Positions 39,461-48,999 of a DNA stretch of 64,000 nt are shown one piece after another. Under the pieces are notes generated by a model. It saw only the letters and a list, made by a program, of their open reading frames with translations, searched no databases and was not told where the DNA came from. Positions within the stretch are counted from its first letter, which is position 1. Each line of letters starts with the position of its first letter. The translations under genes and the position numbers were made by a program. The DNA is taken from contig JBCCWC010000002.1 of NCBI GenBank assembly GCA_039194325.1, forward strand, positions 160,001 through 224,000, in the 5' to 3' direction. This DNA comes from Myxococcota bacterium. Its GTDB lineage: Bacteria; Myxococcota_A; Polyangia; Nannocystales; Nannocystaceae.

Positions 39461-40096
39461 CGCACCTCCCACTGCCCCGCGGGGCCCATCGACTCTCCTT
39501 CGACGTCCGAACGGCGGGGATTTTCGGATCGATCGTCGAATTTCTGCGATCTGGGCAACTTGCCCTCAGTGTTGGGCAACCGCTTGGGCAATTGGCCCAA
39601 GATGGGCGTTGTTGCCCTTGTGTGAGTCCCATCTGTAGCACGCGAAACTTCAGTGAGCGGCAGCTCGAGGAGTTCGTGGGGTCCTCGAGCGCGGGGCTCA
39701 GCTGCTGGACGTCGGTGTCACGAGTCTCGCGCGGGCCGCTAGCACGCGCTCAATCGCTTCGTCAACGGCCGAGGTCCTGGGCCTACCATTGAGGAGCCCG
39801 GCACCTCGGCGTGGGCTGGGTGGTGTTCGTGACGTCCGCCCGGGTGAGGTCCGGGGGCGATGACGCCCAGAGCGGATCCGCTCGAGCGCCGTCGAGACCC
39901 GAAAAAAATCGTCGGTCGTTGTCCAGTCCTCTCGATGCGCTCGCATATAGGGGTCGAGCGTACGGCGCTGGCAAGTGGCTGAGAACCGACTGCTCTCACC
40001 GTGAGACTGGTGGGCTGGCCGCCCAAGGCACCACGCTGGCTACCTTCCTTGATGCTCTTTTGCGACTGGCTTGTGACCTTTCGTAGTCGATGCCCT

Positions 40097-40111
40097 TGGC
40101 TGCCGTTTTGC
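40097..40111 (+). promoter_or_regulatory. Possible sigma54 -24/-12 promoter
   Basis: TGGC TGCCGTT TTGC has exact GG-N10-GC spacing, 40 nt upstream of ATG 40151. Confidence 0.4.
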
Positions 40112-40150
40112 GGCCGTCCGAACACTTCCCAATAGAAAGACAACATCCCA

Positions 40151-40624
40151 ATGAACGACTCTCGTAAGAGCAACCGCCGTAGGCTCGTGTTGAGCATGTT
40201 TTTGCTGGGCGCGGTGATCGTCCCCGCAACGTCTTCGGCCCGGACCCAGCCCGCGAGCCTCGGGCGTGCCGTCTCCAACGCCGACACTGGCTGCTTCTCG
40301 CTGTGGTACAGCACCGTGACCAACAACTGCGGGAGCACTCGGGGCTTCGAGATGCCGCTGGTCATCGACAGCGGTGGCAACAAGACGGTCTCGGTCACGG
40401 CCTACGGCGCGGGCCCCTCGAACAATGTGTGTTGCACCGCTACTGGCGTCAACCGAGAGACCACGTTGGTCTGGGGGAGCGGCGCGGCCCAGTGCCTGCC
40501 GAGCTTTGGCTCGTCGCAGTTCATCACGATGACGGGTGCGCACGTGCCCGGTTGGGGTTACGCCTATGCCACCTGCCAGGTCTCGCCTGGTGGTCGGGTC
40601 AACACCGTCGGTTTCAACGGCTGA
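40151..40624 (+). CDS. Small secreted Cys-containing beta-rich protein
   Basis: Signal peptide ending ...VPATSSA; the mature region has 6 Cys and is Thr/Gly/Val rich. Confidence 0.85.
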   Translation: MNDSRKSNRRRLVLSMFLLGAVIVPATSSARTQPASLGRAVSNADTGCFSLWYSTVTNNCGSTRGFEMPLVIDSGGNKTVSVTAYGAGPSNNVCCTATGVNRETTLVWGSGAAQCLPSFGSSQFITMTGAHVPGWGYAYATCQVSPGGRVNTVGFNG

Positions 40625-40632
40625 TCTGTGCG

Positions 40633-40665
40633 GGCGGGGGCCAGCCGGCCCCCGCCTCTTCTTTT
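40633..40665 (+). terminator. Intra-operon hairpin with pyrimidine tail
   Basis: GGCGGGGGCC-AGCC-GGCCCCCGCC followed by TCTTCTTTT. Confidence 0.7.
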
Positions 40666-40675
40666 GGAGCATGCA

Positions 40676-41419
40676 ATGAAGTCTCGTCTTCTCCTCTTTG
40701 GATGCGCAGCGGTCGCGCTGGTCTCCGTCGTGTCATGGACTCTCTACGATGGTCCCGAGTCGTCCCCCGACCCTTCTGGTGACCAGATGGCGAGCATGCA
40801 GAAGAAGCTTCAGCGGCTCGAACGCGAGGTCTTGAGCTCGGCTGCCTATATGCGTCATGCTCAGCACGCTGCGCTACAGGCACAGCATCATTATGAGGAG
40901 CGAGCCGCCGAGCATGTCGGCAACGCGCCCGGAGGCGCGCCCGGTCAGCCCACGGCGCCGCAAGAGCCCGCCGAAGACGTCGAAGTCGCAGACACCACGC
41001 CAACCACGCCAACCACGCCAACCACGCCGCAAGGGGCCCCGCCCGACGATCCCGATCCCGTCGTGCTCTCGGAACAACTCGACAGTGCATTCTTTGACGA
41101 GTCCTCCGATCCACAATGGACTCCCGGAGCCACCGAGACCGCGGAGAGGCTCGCGCTCGCGATGAGTGACAACGCCGACATCACCAACGTGGAGTGTCGA
41201 GCGTCGCTATGTCGTCTCGAGTCGACGTTCTCCGATCTCAAGTCGTTCCAAGAGTCTACCGTGAGTGCCGTGACGGACCCAGACACGGGCTGGCCCGGAC
41301 CGTACATGGCCGCGGTGGTCAGCGACCCCCATCATGCGGGAGCCGTCGAGGCCGTCACCTACCTGGCCCGCGAAGGGGTGGATCTATCCCCGGACGGCAT
41401 CGCGAGTGCGTATCCGTAG
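40676..41419 (+). CDS. Membrane-anchored acidic protein with ECRxxxC motif
   Basis: GGAG RBS, TM anchor, coiled coil, TTP repeats and ESSDPQW...VECRASLCRLE. Confidence 0.8.
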   Translation: MKSRLLLFGCAAVALVSVVSWTLYDGPESSPDPSGDQMASMQKKLQRLEREVLSSAAYMRHAQHAALQAQHHYEERAAEHVGNAPGGAPGQPTAPQEPAEDVEVADTTPTTPTTPTTPQGAPPDDPDPVVLSEQLDSAFFDESSDPQWTPGATETAERLALAMSDNADITNVECRASLCRLESTFSDLKSFQESTVSAVTDPDTGWPGPYMAAVVSDPHHAGAVEAVTYLAREGVDLSPDGIASAYP

Positions 41420-41469
41420 ACGAGTATCGCCGACCTTCGAGTTCCCTCGACGTGCTCTCCTGCTTGGGG

Positions 41470-44223
41470 TCAGGAATCCGAGTCGTTGTCGGTCGAGTTC
41501 GTGCTGCCGCGCGCTAGATCCTCGGGTGTCAGCGCGGTCAAGTTGAGGACCGTCATCTCCTCTTCGTCGTCCTCACCGAGGCGCGGCGGTGGTCCGGTTG
41601 GCGGGGGCTTGCTGGAGGCAAGGACGGACGGAGGGTCGGGCAGGGCAACAGGCTCGCTTGGCTCGACGGGAGACGGGAACGAAGATCCCCCGACGGGAGC
41701 GGGTGGTGGGGTCTTGGGCGAGGGCGTCGGCGGCTCACGTTCCGGCGATGCTTTGGTCTCCAGCCGGGCGAGGGCATTGGCGATGTCGGCCGCGGTCAGT
41801 GGCTGGAGTCGAGCGAGCGTGGGTGTATCGTCGTCGCTCATCTCGCCGGCAGCGATCGGGGCGGACGCCGTCGAAGGGACCAGCGTGGGTTCGGCCTCCT
41901 CGGAGGGCCGAGCTCGATGGGGGAGGGTGGTCGCGTTGTGCTCGGCCGACGGCCCGCCGAGCGGCGCCAGGGTCACGTCGTAGTCATCCGGTCGACCTAG
42001 CCGGGGGCCGAGGGTCGGCTCGTCGTACGCTTGGCCGAGCGTGGTTCGAGGCCCGAGGAGCGGAGCATCCGGCTCGACCCGCGGCGGAGGATGGTCGTGG
42101 TCCACGGGGGGAGGGGGAACTGCATGCGGGGGCTCGTGACCGTCGAGCAGCAGGGTTGGCGGGGCATCGGCCGCCGCAGGCTCGCCATGGTCTGCCGCGG
42201 GGGGCTCCCGAGTTGGCAGGGTCGCGGGCGGCTCACCGGATCCGCTGAGCGTTTGCGGGAGGAAGAAGGCGGTGGGCGCATCGAGCCCGGCCTGGGAATC
42301 CCTGGAGAGCTCGTCGGGTGAGGTCGCCGCAGGGGCGGGCGGATCCGGGGTCGGCACAGAAGGCGACGCGAGACCTTGCTGCGCGCGGGCGATGTCCTCG
42401 GCCGTCAGCGGCTTCATGTGCAGCAAGGTTGCGGGCTCGGGATCATCGTCGTCCACGGGGCCCGAGTCATCCGCATCGTCTTCGTCGTAGATCAGCGCGG
42501 AGATCGACTGCGATCCGGCGTTGGACGGCGGCGCGCTCGGCCCTGGGGGCGGCATCGTGGTGGCATCCTCGCTCGAGTGTGACTCGTGCGGCGGGAGCTG
42601 CGACTGAGGCAGGTAGAAGGCGGTCGTGACCGGCGGGTTGTCCTCGTTGAGCTCGACCGACGGGTTGCTCGGGATGCTCGGGGTGCTCGGGATGCTCGGG
42701 GTGCTCGGGACGGACGCGCCCGGTGGTGGCACCGTGGGTGCGTCGTCGTCGGGCTCGGGCGTGGGCTGGGCGACCGCGTCGGGTTGGTGACGACGCTCGG
42801 GCAGCGTCGGCGCGTCGAGGCTGGCGTCGCTCATCTCGTCGGGTCGGTGACGACGCTCGGGCCGCGTTGGCACATCCATGGTGGCCTCGCTGGCCTCGTT
42901 GGCCTCGTCGGCTTGGCCCGTGATCATCAGCGCTTCGAGCAGATCGCTGGCATCCAACGAGATCGTTGACTCACCGGCGTGCACCTTGTTGGCCGAAGGC
43001 GGGCGAGCGCCGGGGGGAGGAGGAGGCGGAGGCGGAGGACCCGGGGGGTGGGCTGCCGGGCCCGGGCTCGCCGGTTGCCGATCGTCGAGGATCAGATCGC
43101 TGATCTGTAGGGTCAGGGTGCCTCCCGCTCCGGTGAGCTCGATCCCGCCGCTCGGCCCCGAGGGTGCCGATGTCTGCAAGGAGTTCTCGTCCAGCACCAG
43201 GTCGGCGATGCTGAGCACTACCGTGCCTTCCGGTGCGGCCGCGCGGTGGCCCGATGGATCCCCGGCCTGCATCGGCGGGGCGGGGCGGGGGATCTCCAGG
43301 GAGTTGAGCGAGCGCAAGAAGCCCAGATCGGTGGGCCGCCAGTAGCGGGCGTGGTTGACGATCGCGTCGGCCTTGTCGGCCTGCCCGGTGACGCCCAGCT
43401 CTTCGACCAGCCGCTCGAGCACCGACAGTGACTTGTCGGTGCGTCCGATCGCCGCGAACGCTTGGGCGAGGATCTCGTAGCCCACGATGTCGCCGGGGCT
43501 CACCTGGGTGAGCTGCCCCAGCGTGCGGACGGCGTCTTGCGGTCGGTTTAGCTCGAGGTACACGCGGGGCAGGTCGCGAAGGGTCTGCACGTCGCTCGGC
43601 TCGATGTCGAGGATCTGGGACGCGATCTCGACGTAGTCGTCGTAGCGCTTGGCCTGGATGAGCAGGTTGCCGGCGTCGCTCAGCGCTTCGATCGCCTCGC
43701 GGTTCATGTGGCGACTGAGATAGATCCGGGCCAGCTGGATCCGCACCTCTGGGTTTTGCGGGTCGAGCTCTGCGCCCAGGCGCAGCATCTGGAGGCCGTC
43801 GGTCTGGCGGCCTGCGGCCAGGTGGGCCTCGGCCGCCTTGGCGCACACCGCTCGCGCCTGTCGGCCGATCCGACGCACCATGGGGCCCACGGACATGTAC
43901 ACGAAGGCGTGAGGCGCGATGCCGAGGATCCGATCGCAGATCGCCAGGCACTCCGGTTGGTGCCCCCGGGCGGCATAGGCCTGGGCCACCATCAGGTAGT
44001 GCTCGGCCGCCGTGGCGGGCTGCCCTAGCGCCACCAGGCACTCGGCCAGCTGCATGCGGATCCCATACTTGGATGGATCTTGCTCGAGCGCAGCGCCATA
44101 GTACTGCGCGGCCATGTCGACCCGCCCCGCGGCTTGCCACTGCGCTGCTTGGGCGGTGAGCTGTTCGACCTGCGTCACCCGCGCGAGCCTACCATCGACA
44201 CTGGGTTCGATGACACCTCGCAT
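41470..44223 (-). CDS. TPR-repeat protein with long Pro/acidic disordered tail, start approximate
   Basis: N-terminal ~300 aa of TPR-like helices (LELDPQNPEVRIQLARIY and similar), followed by ~600 aa of low complexity. Confidence 0.8.
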   Translation of the reverse strand: MRGVIEPSVDGRLARVTQVEQLTAQAAQWQAAGRVDMAAQYYGAALEQDPSKYGIRMQLAECLVALGQPATAAEHYLMVAQAYAARGHQPECLAICDRILGIAPHAFVYMSVGPMVRRIGRQARAVCAKAAEAHLAAGRQTDGLQMLRLGAELDPQNPEVRIQLARIYLSRHMNREAIEALSDAGNLLIQAKRYDDYVEIASQILDIEPSDVQTLRDLPRVYLELNRPQDAVRTLGQLTQVSPGDIVGYEILAQAFAAIGRTDKSLSVLERLVEELGVTGQADKADAIVNHARYWRPTDLGFLRSLNSLEIPRPAPPMQAGDPSGHRAAAPEGTVVLSIADLVLDENSLQTSAPSGPSGGIELTGAGGTLTLQISDLILDDRQPASPGPAAHPPGPPPPPPPPPGARPPSANKVHAGESTISLDASDLLEALMITGQADEANEASEATMDVPTRPERRHRPDEMSDASLDAPTLPERRHQPDAVAQPTPEPDDDAPTVPPPGASVPSTPSIPSTPSIPSNPSVELNEDNPPVTTAFYLPQSQLPPHESHSSEDATTMPPPGPSAPPSNAGSQSISALIYDEDDADDSGPVDDDDPEPATLLHMKPLTAEDIARAQQGLASPSVPTPDPPAPAATSPDELSRDSQAGLDAPTAFFLPQTLSGSGEPPATLPTREPPAADHGEPAAADAPPTLLLDGHEPPHAVPPPPVDHDHPPPRVEPDAPLLGPRTTLGQAYDEPTLGPRLGRPDDYDVTLAPLGGPSAEHNATTLPHRARPSEEAEPTLVPSTASAPIAAGEMSDDDTPTLARLQPLTAADIANALARLETKASPEREPPTPSPKTPPPAPVGGSSFPSPVEPSEPVALPDPPSVLASSKPPPTGPPPRLGEDDEEEMTVLNLTALTPEDLARGSTNSTDNDSDS

Positions 44224-44239
44224 CGCGCGGCGGCTCACG

Positions 44240-44482
44240 CTAGTCGATGCACACTCGGGTCTTTGCGCCGGCGCCCTCGCGATCCTCGTTCTTGCACTCG
44301 TAGCCGCCGCGGCACTCGCCGTCGTATTCACAGGCGAGTAGGCAGACCCCGCCCTTCTTGTCGATGCACGAGGAGCCTCCGGGACAGTCACGATCGTCTC
44401 GGCACTCGACCGTGCACGTCCCGTCGGGGAAGTCGCCTCCTTCGACGCATCGCTCTGCGCAGTCGCAGTCATCCGCGCCCAT
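44240..44482 (-). CDS. Small Cys-rich protein, probably 5'-truncated
   Basis: 80 aa with 11 Cys (CRDDRDCPGGSSC...CEYDGECRGGYEC). No signal peptide in frame. Confidence 0.5.
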   Translation of the reverse strand: MGADDCDCAERCVEGGDFPDGTCTVECRDDRDCPGGSSCIDKKGGVCLLACEYDGECRGGYECKNEDREGAGAKTRVCID

Positions 44483-44552
44483 CCGTCGTTCTCACCCCGA
44501 TCTCGCGAGTTTCGTGGTCTGCGCGTCCCATGTATCCTCCGTTGCGCTGCTC

Positions 44553-46751
44553 GTGCTCGTCTCGCCCGCTCGTTTGTTGTCGTTGCTACTGGGATCGTTC
44601 GTGCTGCTACTGGGCGCGGTCGCGGAGGCCGCAGAGCCGATCCGCCTGTGGCACGCCTACCGGGGGGCCGAAGAGGAGGCGTTGGTCCGTGTGCTCGCGA
44701 GCTTCGACCAGGCGCCCGTCGAGCCGCTGGCGATCCCCTATGACGCGTTCGGGTCGAAGTTGGCCGCGGCCATTCCTCTGGGCGAGGGGCCCGATCTCTA
44801 CATCGATATGCACGAGCGCCTCGGCGACTATCGGCGCCGCAAGATCGTCGCGCCGGTGGGCGATGCCCTGCAGCCGGGCGTCTTCGACGAGGTCGCGCTT
44901 CGGGCGGTGTTGCTGGACGGCGAGGCCTATGCCGTGCCCCTATCGCGCAAGTCGGTCGCGCTCTACGTCAACACCGCGCTCGTCTCCGAGGTTCCGCCGA
45001 CCCTCGAAGGCATCATGGCCTTGGCGCCCACCTTGCCGCCCGGGGTGTTTGCCTACGCCTACGAGGCCAAGAAGGCCTACTCGCACGCGCCGCTGCTGCA
45101 CGCCTTCGGCGGCCGCTTGCTCGCCGACGACGATAGCTTCGGCTTCGTCGGTCCCGAGGCCGAGGCCTCGCTGCGCTTGGCGGTTCAGATGGTCGAGCGG
45201 GGGGTCGTGCCCGCCAACGCCGACGGCGGCCTGGTCACCAACCTCTTCAAGTCGGGGCAGGCCGCCCTGGCCGCCAGCGGACCTTGGCTCGCTGCCGATC
45301 TCGATGACGTAGTCCCCTACCGGGTGCAGCCCCTGCCCGTGCTGGAGGCCACCGGGGAGCCCCTGCGACCCTTCCTCTCTGTGGAGGCGGTGATGCTCTC
45401 GCCTCACGGTGCGCCTCGGCCCGAGGTGCGAGCGCTGGCCCGTCACCTCGCCGGGGCGCCGGCGGCCGCGATCCGACAGACGCGGGCCCGGACGCTCACC
45501 GCTCGCACCGACGTGCCGATCCCTCCCGACGATCCGCTGCTGGCCGCGTTTGCCCAGCAGGCCCAGGTCGCCATTCCCATGCCCACCTCGCCGGCCATGC
45601 GCTCCACCTTCGAGCCGGCCGATCGGGCGATCGCCAAGGTCCTCCGCGGTCAGGCCGAGCCCGCCGACGCTCTTGTCGAAGCGCAGCATCGTTTTGACGA
45701 CGTTCGCCGTCCGCCGCCGCCGCCCGCCTCGCCGTGGCCTGTCTTGCTGGGGTTGGGCGTGCTGTCGCTGTGGGGGGCGCTGGTGCTCGTGCAGCGCGCC
45801 CGGCAGCCGCAGCTCCGCGAGCGCCTGCGCCGGTCGCTGCCCGCCTATCGCTACGTGGCCCACGCCGTCCTCGCGGTAGGCGTGTTGGTGATCCTTCCCT
45901 TGGCCGTGGGCGCCGCCACCTCGCTCTTTGCCGGCCCCGCCGGCGAGGTGGAGTATGTGGGCGTTGCCAACTTCGTCGAGATCCTCAGCGCGCGCGGAGG
46001 GCCGCTGTTGGCCACCGGCTCGTTCTACCTGGTGTTGCTGGTGACGCTCTTGTGGACCGTGGTCAACGTGGCGTTTCACCTGGGACTGGGCCTTGGCTTG
46101 GGCCTTGTGCTCTCGCGCCCGCTGCTGCGCCTGCGGGCCGTCTACCGGGTGCTGCTCATCATCCCCTGGGCCGTGCCCAGCTACGTCACCGCGCTGGCGT
46201 GGAAGGGCATGTTCGACCAGCAATATGGGGCGATCACCGGGATCATCCTCGCCCTCAACGACGCCTTCGGGCTCACCCTGGAGCCGATCGCCTGGTTCTC
46301 CTCGTTCTCTACCGCCTTCACCGCCAATGCGGCCACCAACATCTGGCTGGGCTTTCCCTTCATGATGGTGGTGACGATCGGGGCCCTGACCGCGGTGCCC
46401 CGCGACGTGCTCGAGGCGGCCGAGGTCGACGGGGCCACCCGGTGGCAGCGGCTGACCCGGGTCGTGCTGCCGATGATCCGCCCCACCATGATGCCCTCGA
46501 TCACCTTGGGGGCTATTTGGACCTTCAACATGTTCAACGTGGTGTTCCTGGTCTCCGGCGGCGACCCCGATGGCAGCACCGACATCCTCGTGTCCGAGGC
46601 CTACCGCTGGGCCTTCACCCGCGAGGCCCAGTATGGCTATGCGGCCGCCTATGCGGTGCTGATCTTCTTGCTGCTGATGTTCACCACCCGCCTGCTCGAG
46701 CGCACGCGGGGCCGCTGGGATCGCAGCGGCCGGGGCGGGGGAGACGACTAG
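44553..46751 (+). CDS. Fused sugar ABC transporter solute-binding protein + permease (MalE-MalF-like), start approximate
   Basis: LWHAY...GEGPDL...YAVP...LYVN...FKSGQAALAASGPW binding domain, followed by TMs with PWAVP and the EAA loop EAAEVDGA. Confidence 0.9.
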   Translation: MLVSPARLLSLLLGSFVLLLGAVAEAAEPIRLWHAYRGAEEEALVRVLASFDQAPVEPLAIPYDAFGSKLAAAIPLGEGPDLYIDMHERLGDYRRRKIVAPVGDALQPGVFDEVALRAVLLDGEAYAVPLSRKSVALYVNTALVSEVPPTLEGIMALAPTLPPGVFAYAYEAKKAYSHAPLLHAFGGRLLADDDSFGFVGPEAEASLRLAVQMVERGVVPANADGGLVTNLFKSGQAALAASGPWLAADLDDVVPYRVQPLPVLEATGEPLRPFLSVEAVMLSPHGAPRPEVRALARHLAGAPAAAIRQTRARTLTARTDVPIPPDDPLLAAFAQQAQVAIPMPTSPAMRSTFEPADRAIAKVLRGQAEPADALVEAQHRFDDVRRPPPPPASPWPVLLGLGVLSLWGALVLVQRARQPQLRERLRRSLPAYRYVAHAVLAVGVLVILPLAVGAATSLFAGPAGEVEYVGVANFVEILSARGGPLLATGSFYLVLLVTLLWTVVNVAFHLGLGLGLGLVLSRPLLRLRAVYRVLLIIPWAVPSYVTALAWKGMFDQQYGAITGIILALNDAFGLTLEPIAWFSSFSTAFTANAATNIWLGFPFMMVVTIGALTAVPRDVLEAAEVDGATRWQRLTRVVLPMIRPTMMPSITLGAIWTFNMFNVVFLVSGGDPDGSTDILVSEAYRWAFTREAQYGYAAAYAVLIFLLLMFTTRLLERTRGRWDRSGRGGGDD

Positions 46752-46752
46752 C

Positions 46753-47616
46753 ATGGGGCGCACGGCCAGCCTGTCCGAGCGGATCGCGGTGCACGGGGTG
46801 CTCGTGCTCGCGGTGGCCTTTGCCCTCTATCCCGTGCTCTGGGTGGTGGCCACCGCCCTGTCCGGCTCGCTCACCCCCGAGCCGCGGGCCTTGCCCCTGC
46901 CGCAGGCCCCCACCCTCGAGCACCTCGACGCGGTGGTCCTCTCCGAGCGCCAGCTCTCCGACGGCACCTCGATCTGGTTGTTTGGGCGGCAGCTGCTCAA
47001 CTCGCTGGTGGTCTCGACCGCCACCGCGGTCACCGGGGTGGTGATCGCGATCCCCACCGCCTATGCGTTGGCTCGGTTCTCGTTTCTGGGCAAGGCGGCC
47101 GGCGTGCGAGCGCTGCTGGCCACCCAGATGTTCCCCGCGGTGGCCAGCGCGATCCCGCTCTATCTCATCCTCGACGCGCTCGGCCTGCTCAACTCCCGGA
47201 CCGGGCTGGTGCTGTGCTACGCGAGCACCTCGGTGCCCTTTGCGATCTTCCAGCTACGGGCCGCCTTCGAGGCGATCCCCGTCGATCTCGAGGAGGCGGC
47301 CATGGTCGACGGGGCCACCCGCTTTCAGGCCTTCCGCAAGGTCGTGCTGCCGGTGGCCCGCCCCGCAATCGCGGTGACCGCCTTGTTCGCGTTCATGAGC
47401 GCATACAACGAGTTCATCCTCGCCGCCACCCTGCTCGACGACGAGACCATGTTCACCCTGCCGGTGATGCTCCAGCGCTTCATCGGCGAGTACGACGCCC
47501 AATGGGACAAGTTTGCCGCCGGAGCGCTGGTGGTCTCGCTACCGGTGATGGGGCTGTTCTATCTGGTGCAGCGGCATCTGGTGGCGGGGCTGGCCTCTGG
47601 CGGCGTCAAGGGGTGA
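46753..47616 (+). CDS. Sugar ABC transporter permease (MalG-like)
   Basis: AYALARF, QMFP, EEAAMVDGA and a C-terminal GGVKG. Confidence 0.93.
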   Translation: MGRTASLSERIAVHGVLVLAVAFALYPVLWVVATALSGSLTPEPRALPLPQAPTLEHLDAVVLSERQLSDGTSIWLFGRQLLNSLVVSTATAVTGVVIAIPTAYALARFSFLGKAAGVRALLATQMFPAVASAIPLYLILDALGLLNSRTGLVLCYASTSVPFAIFQLRAAFEAIPVDLEEAAMVDGATRFQAFRKVVLPVARPAIAVTALFAFMSAYNEFILAATLLDDETMFTLPVMLQRFIGEYDAQWDKFAAGALVVSLPVMGLFYLVQRHLVAGLASGGVKG

Positions 47617-47671
47617 GCCTTCATGCCGAGGCCGGCTGGGCAAGTGTGCTCGTCTTGGGCCACCATGAGGT

Positions 47672-48820
47672 ATGCCTCGCTGTCCGATTGCTCGTCCCTT
47701 CGGCCCTGGATCTGATCGTGTACGGTTTGGTCGGGCGCTCGTCTCGACCGGCTTCGGGGTGGCGCTGAGCTCGTTGGCCTGCAACCCTCTGGTCGACCCG
47801 GGTGAGCAGTCGGGGACGGGGGGCAGCACCACAGGTAACCGGCCCGATCCCTCGCCATCGACGGGTCTATCGCTGAGCACCGCGTCGTCGACCGGTGGGG
47901 CGTTGACCGGTGGGGTGTCGACCACCGCGATGGCCGACGGGACCGGATCGACGACCATGGAATCGACGACCATGGATCCGGGGCCCTTGATGGACATGGG
48001 CGCTCCAGACGTGCCCGCGGTCGAGCCCGAGCCGTGTAACGCCGTCGACATCCTGTTCGTGATCGATAACTCGCTGTCGATGGCCGATTATCAGGCTCAG
48101 CTGGCGACCCCCTGGCCCGGCTTTGTCGGCAATCTGTGGGCCACCCTGCCCGAGGGCACCAGCGTGCACGCGGGTCTGACGACCACCTCGTTCTTCAACG
48201 GACCGTGCTCGGAGAGCACATTGAATTGCGTGAGCGCGTCGACGAAGGCCGAGATCCTCGCGCACTACATCACTCCCGACGTGGCCAACACCGGAGTCAA
48301 CGGCCAGCAGGGGCGGTTGTTCGAGTGGGACGGGCAGCGCTACTTCTCCGCGTCTGCGGGCGACGGTGACAGCGGCCTCGAGCAGTGGCTGTCTGAGGCC
48401 ATGGTGGCGATAGGGGAGGTGGGGTGCAGCTTCGAGATGATGTCGGCCGGGGCGGGCTACGCCTTGCACCCGGCCAACGCCGGGTTCAACGCGGGGTTCT
48501 TGCGGGACGAAGGTGCGGTGCTGGTGCTCGTGGTGCTCTCCGACGAGCCGGACAAGTCGCCCGAGGGTGCGGTCGCCTACTACGACATGATCGTCGACGC
48601 CAAGGCCGGTTGCGGTGGCGATCCATGTGTCGTCGTCACGGGCTTGGTCGATCCGTGCATCGAAGGGGTGAACGACGAGCTTTGGCAGTTCATCGGCCTC
48701 TTCTCGAACGTCCTGCCTCTGGGCAACATCGCGGTGCCGGGCGACTATGGGCAGGTGCTCGGTCCCACGCTCGCGCAGGCGATCGGTGATTCCTGTCAGC
48801 AGATCCCCTCCACCCGTTGA
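47672..48820 (+). CDS. vWA-like lipoprotein, tandem paralogue 1
   Basis: SLAC lipobox, DILFVIDNSLSM and VLVVLSDEPDKS. Confidence 0.82.
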   Translation: MPRCPIARPFGPGSDRVRFGRALVSTGFGVALSSLACNPLVDPGEQSGTGGSTTGNRPDPSPSTGLSLSTASSTGGALTGGVSTTAMADGTGSTTMESTTMDPGPLMDMGAPDVPAVEPEPCNAVDILFVIDNSLSMADYQAQLATPWPGFVGNLWATLPEGTSVHAGLTTTSFFNGPCSESTLNCVSASTKAEILAHYITPDVANTGVNGQQGRLFEWDGQRYFSASAGDGDSGLEQWLSEAMVAIGEVGCSFEMMSAGAGYALHPANAGFNAGFLRDEGAVLVLVVLSDEPDKSPEGAVAYYDMIVDAKAGCGGDPCVVVTGLVDPCIEGVNDELWQFIGLFSNVLPLGNIAVPGDYGQVLGPTLAQAIGDSCQQIPSTR

Positions 48821-48999
48821 GGCTGAGGGCGAGCGAGCGAGCGAGCGAGACAGAGACGGGCAGGCGCGCAACGAGTGGTCGGTTGGGTCTGATGGCCGGC
48901 GGGTCCCATGGGGAGTCCTGCCTCGTGACTGAGGCAAATTTCAACGAATGCGGAGGCTTCGGTCATCGATCGAACACGGATCCCGATCTTTGCTTCACA

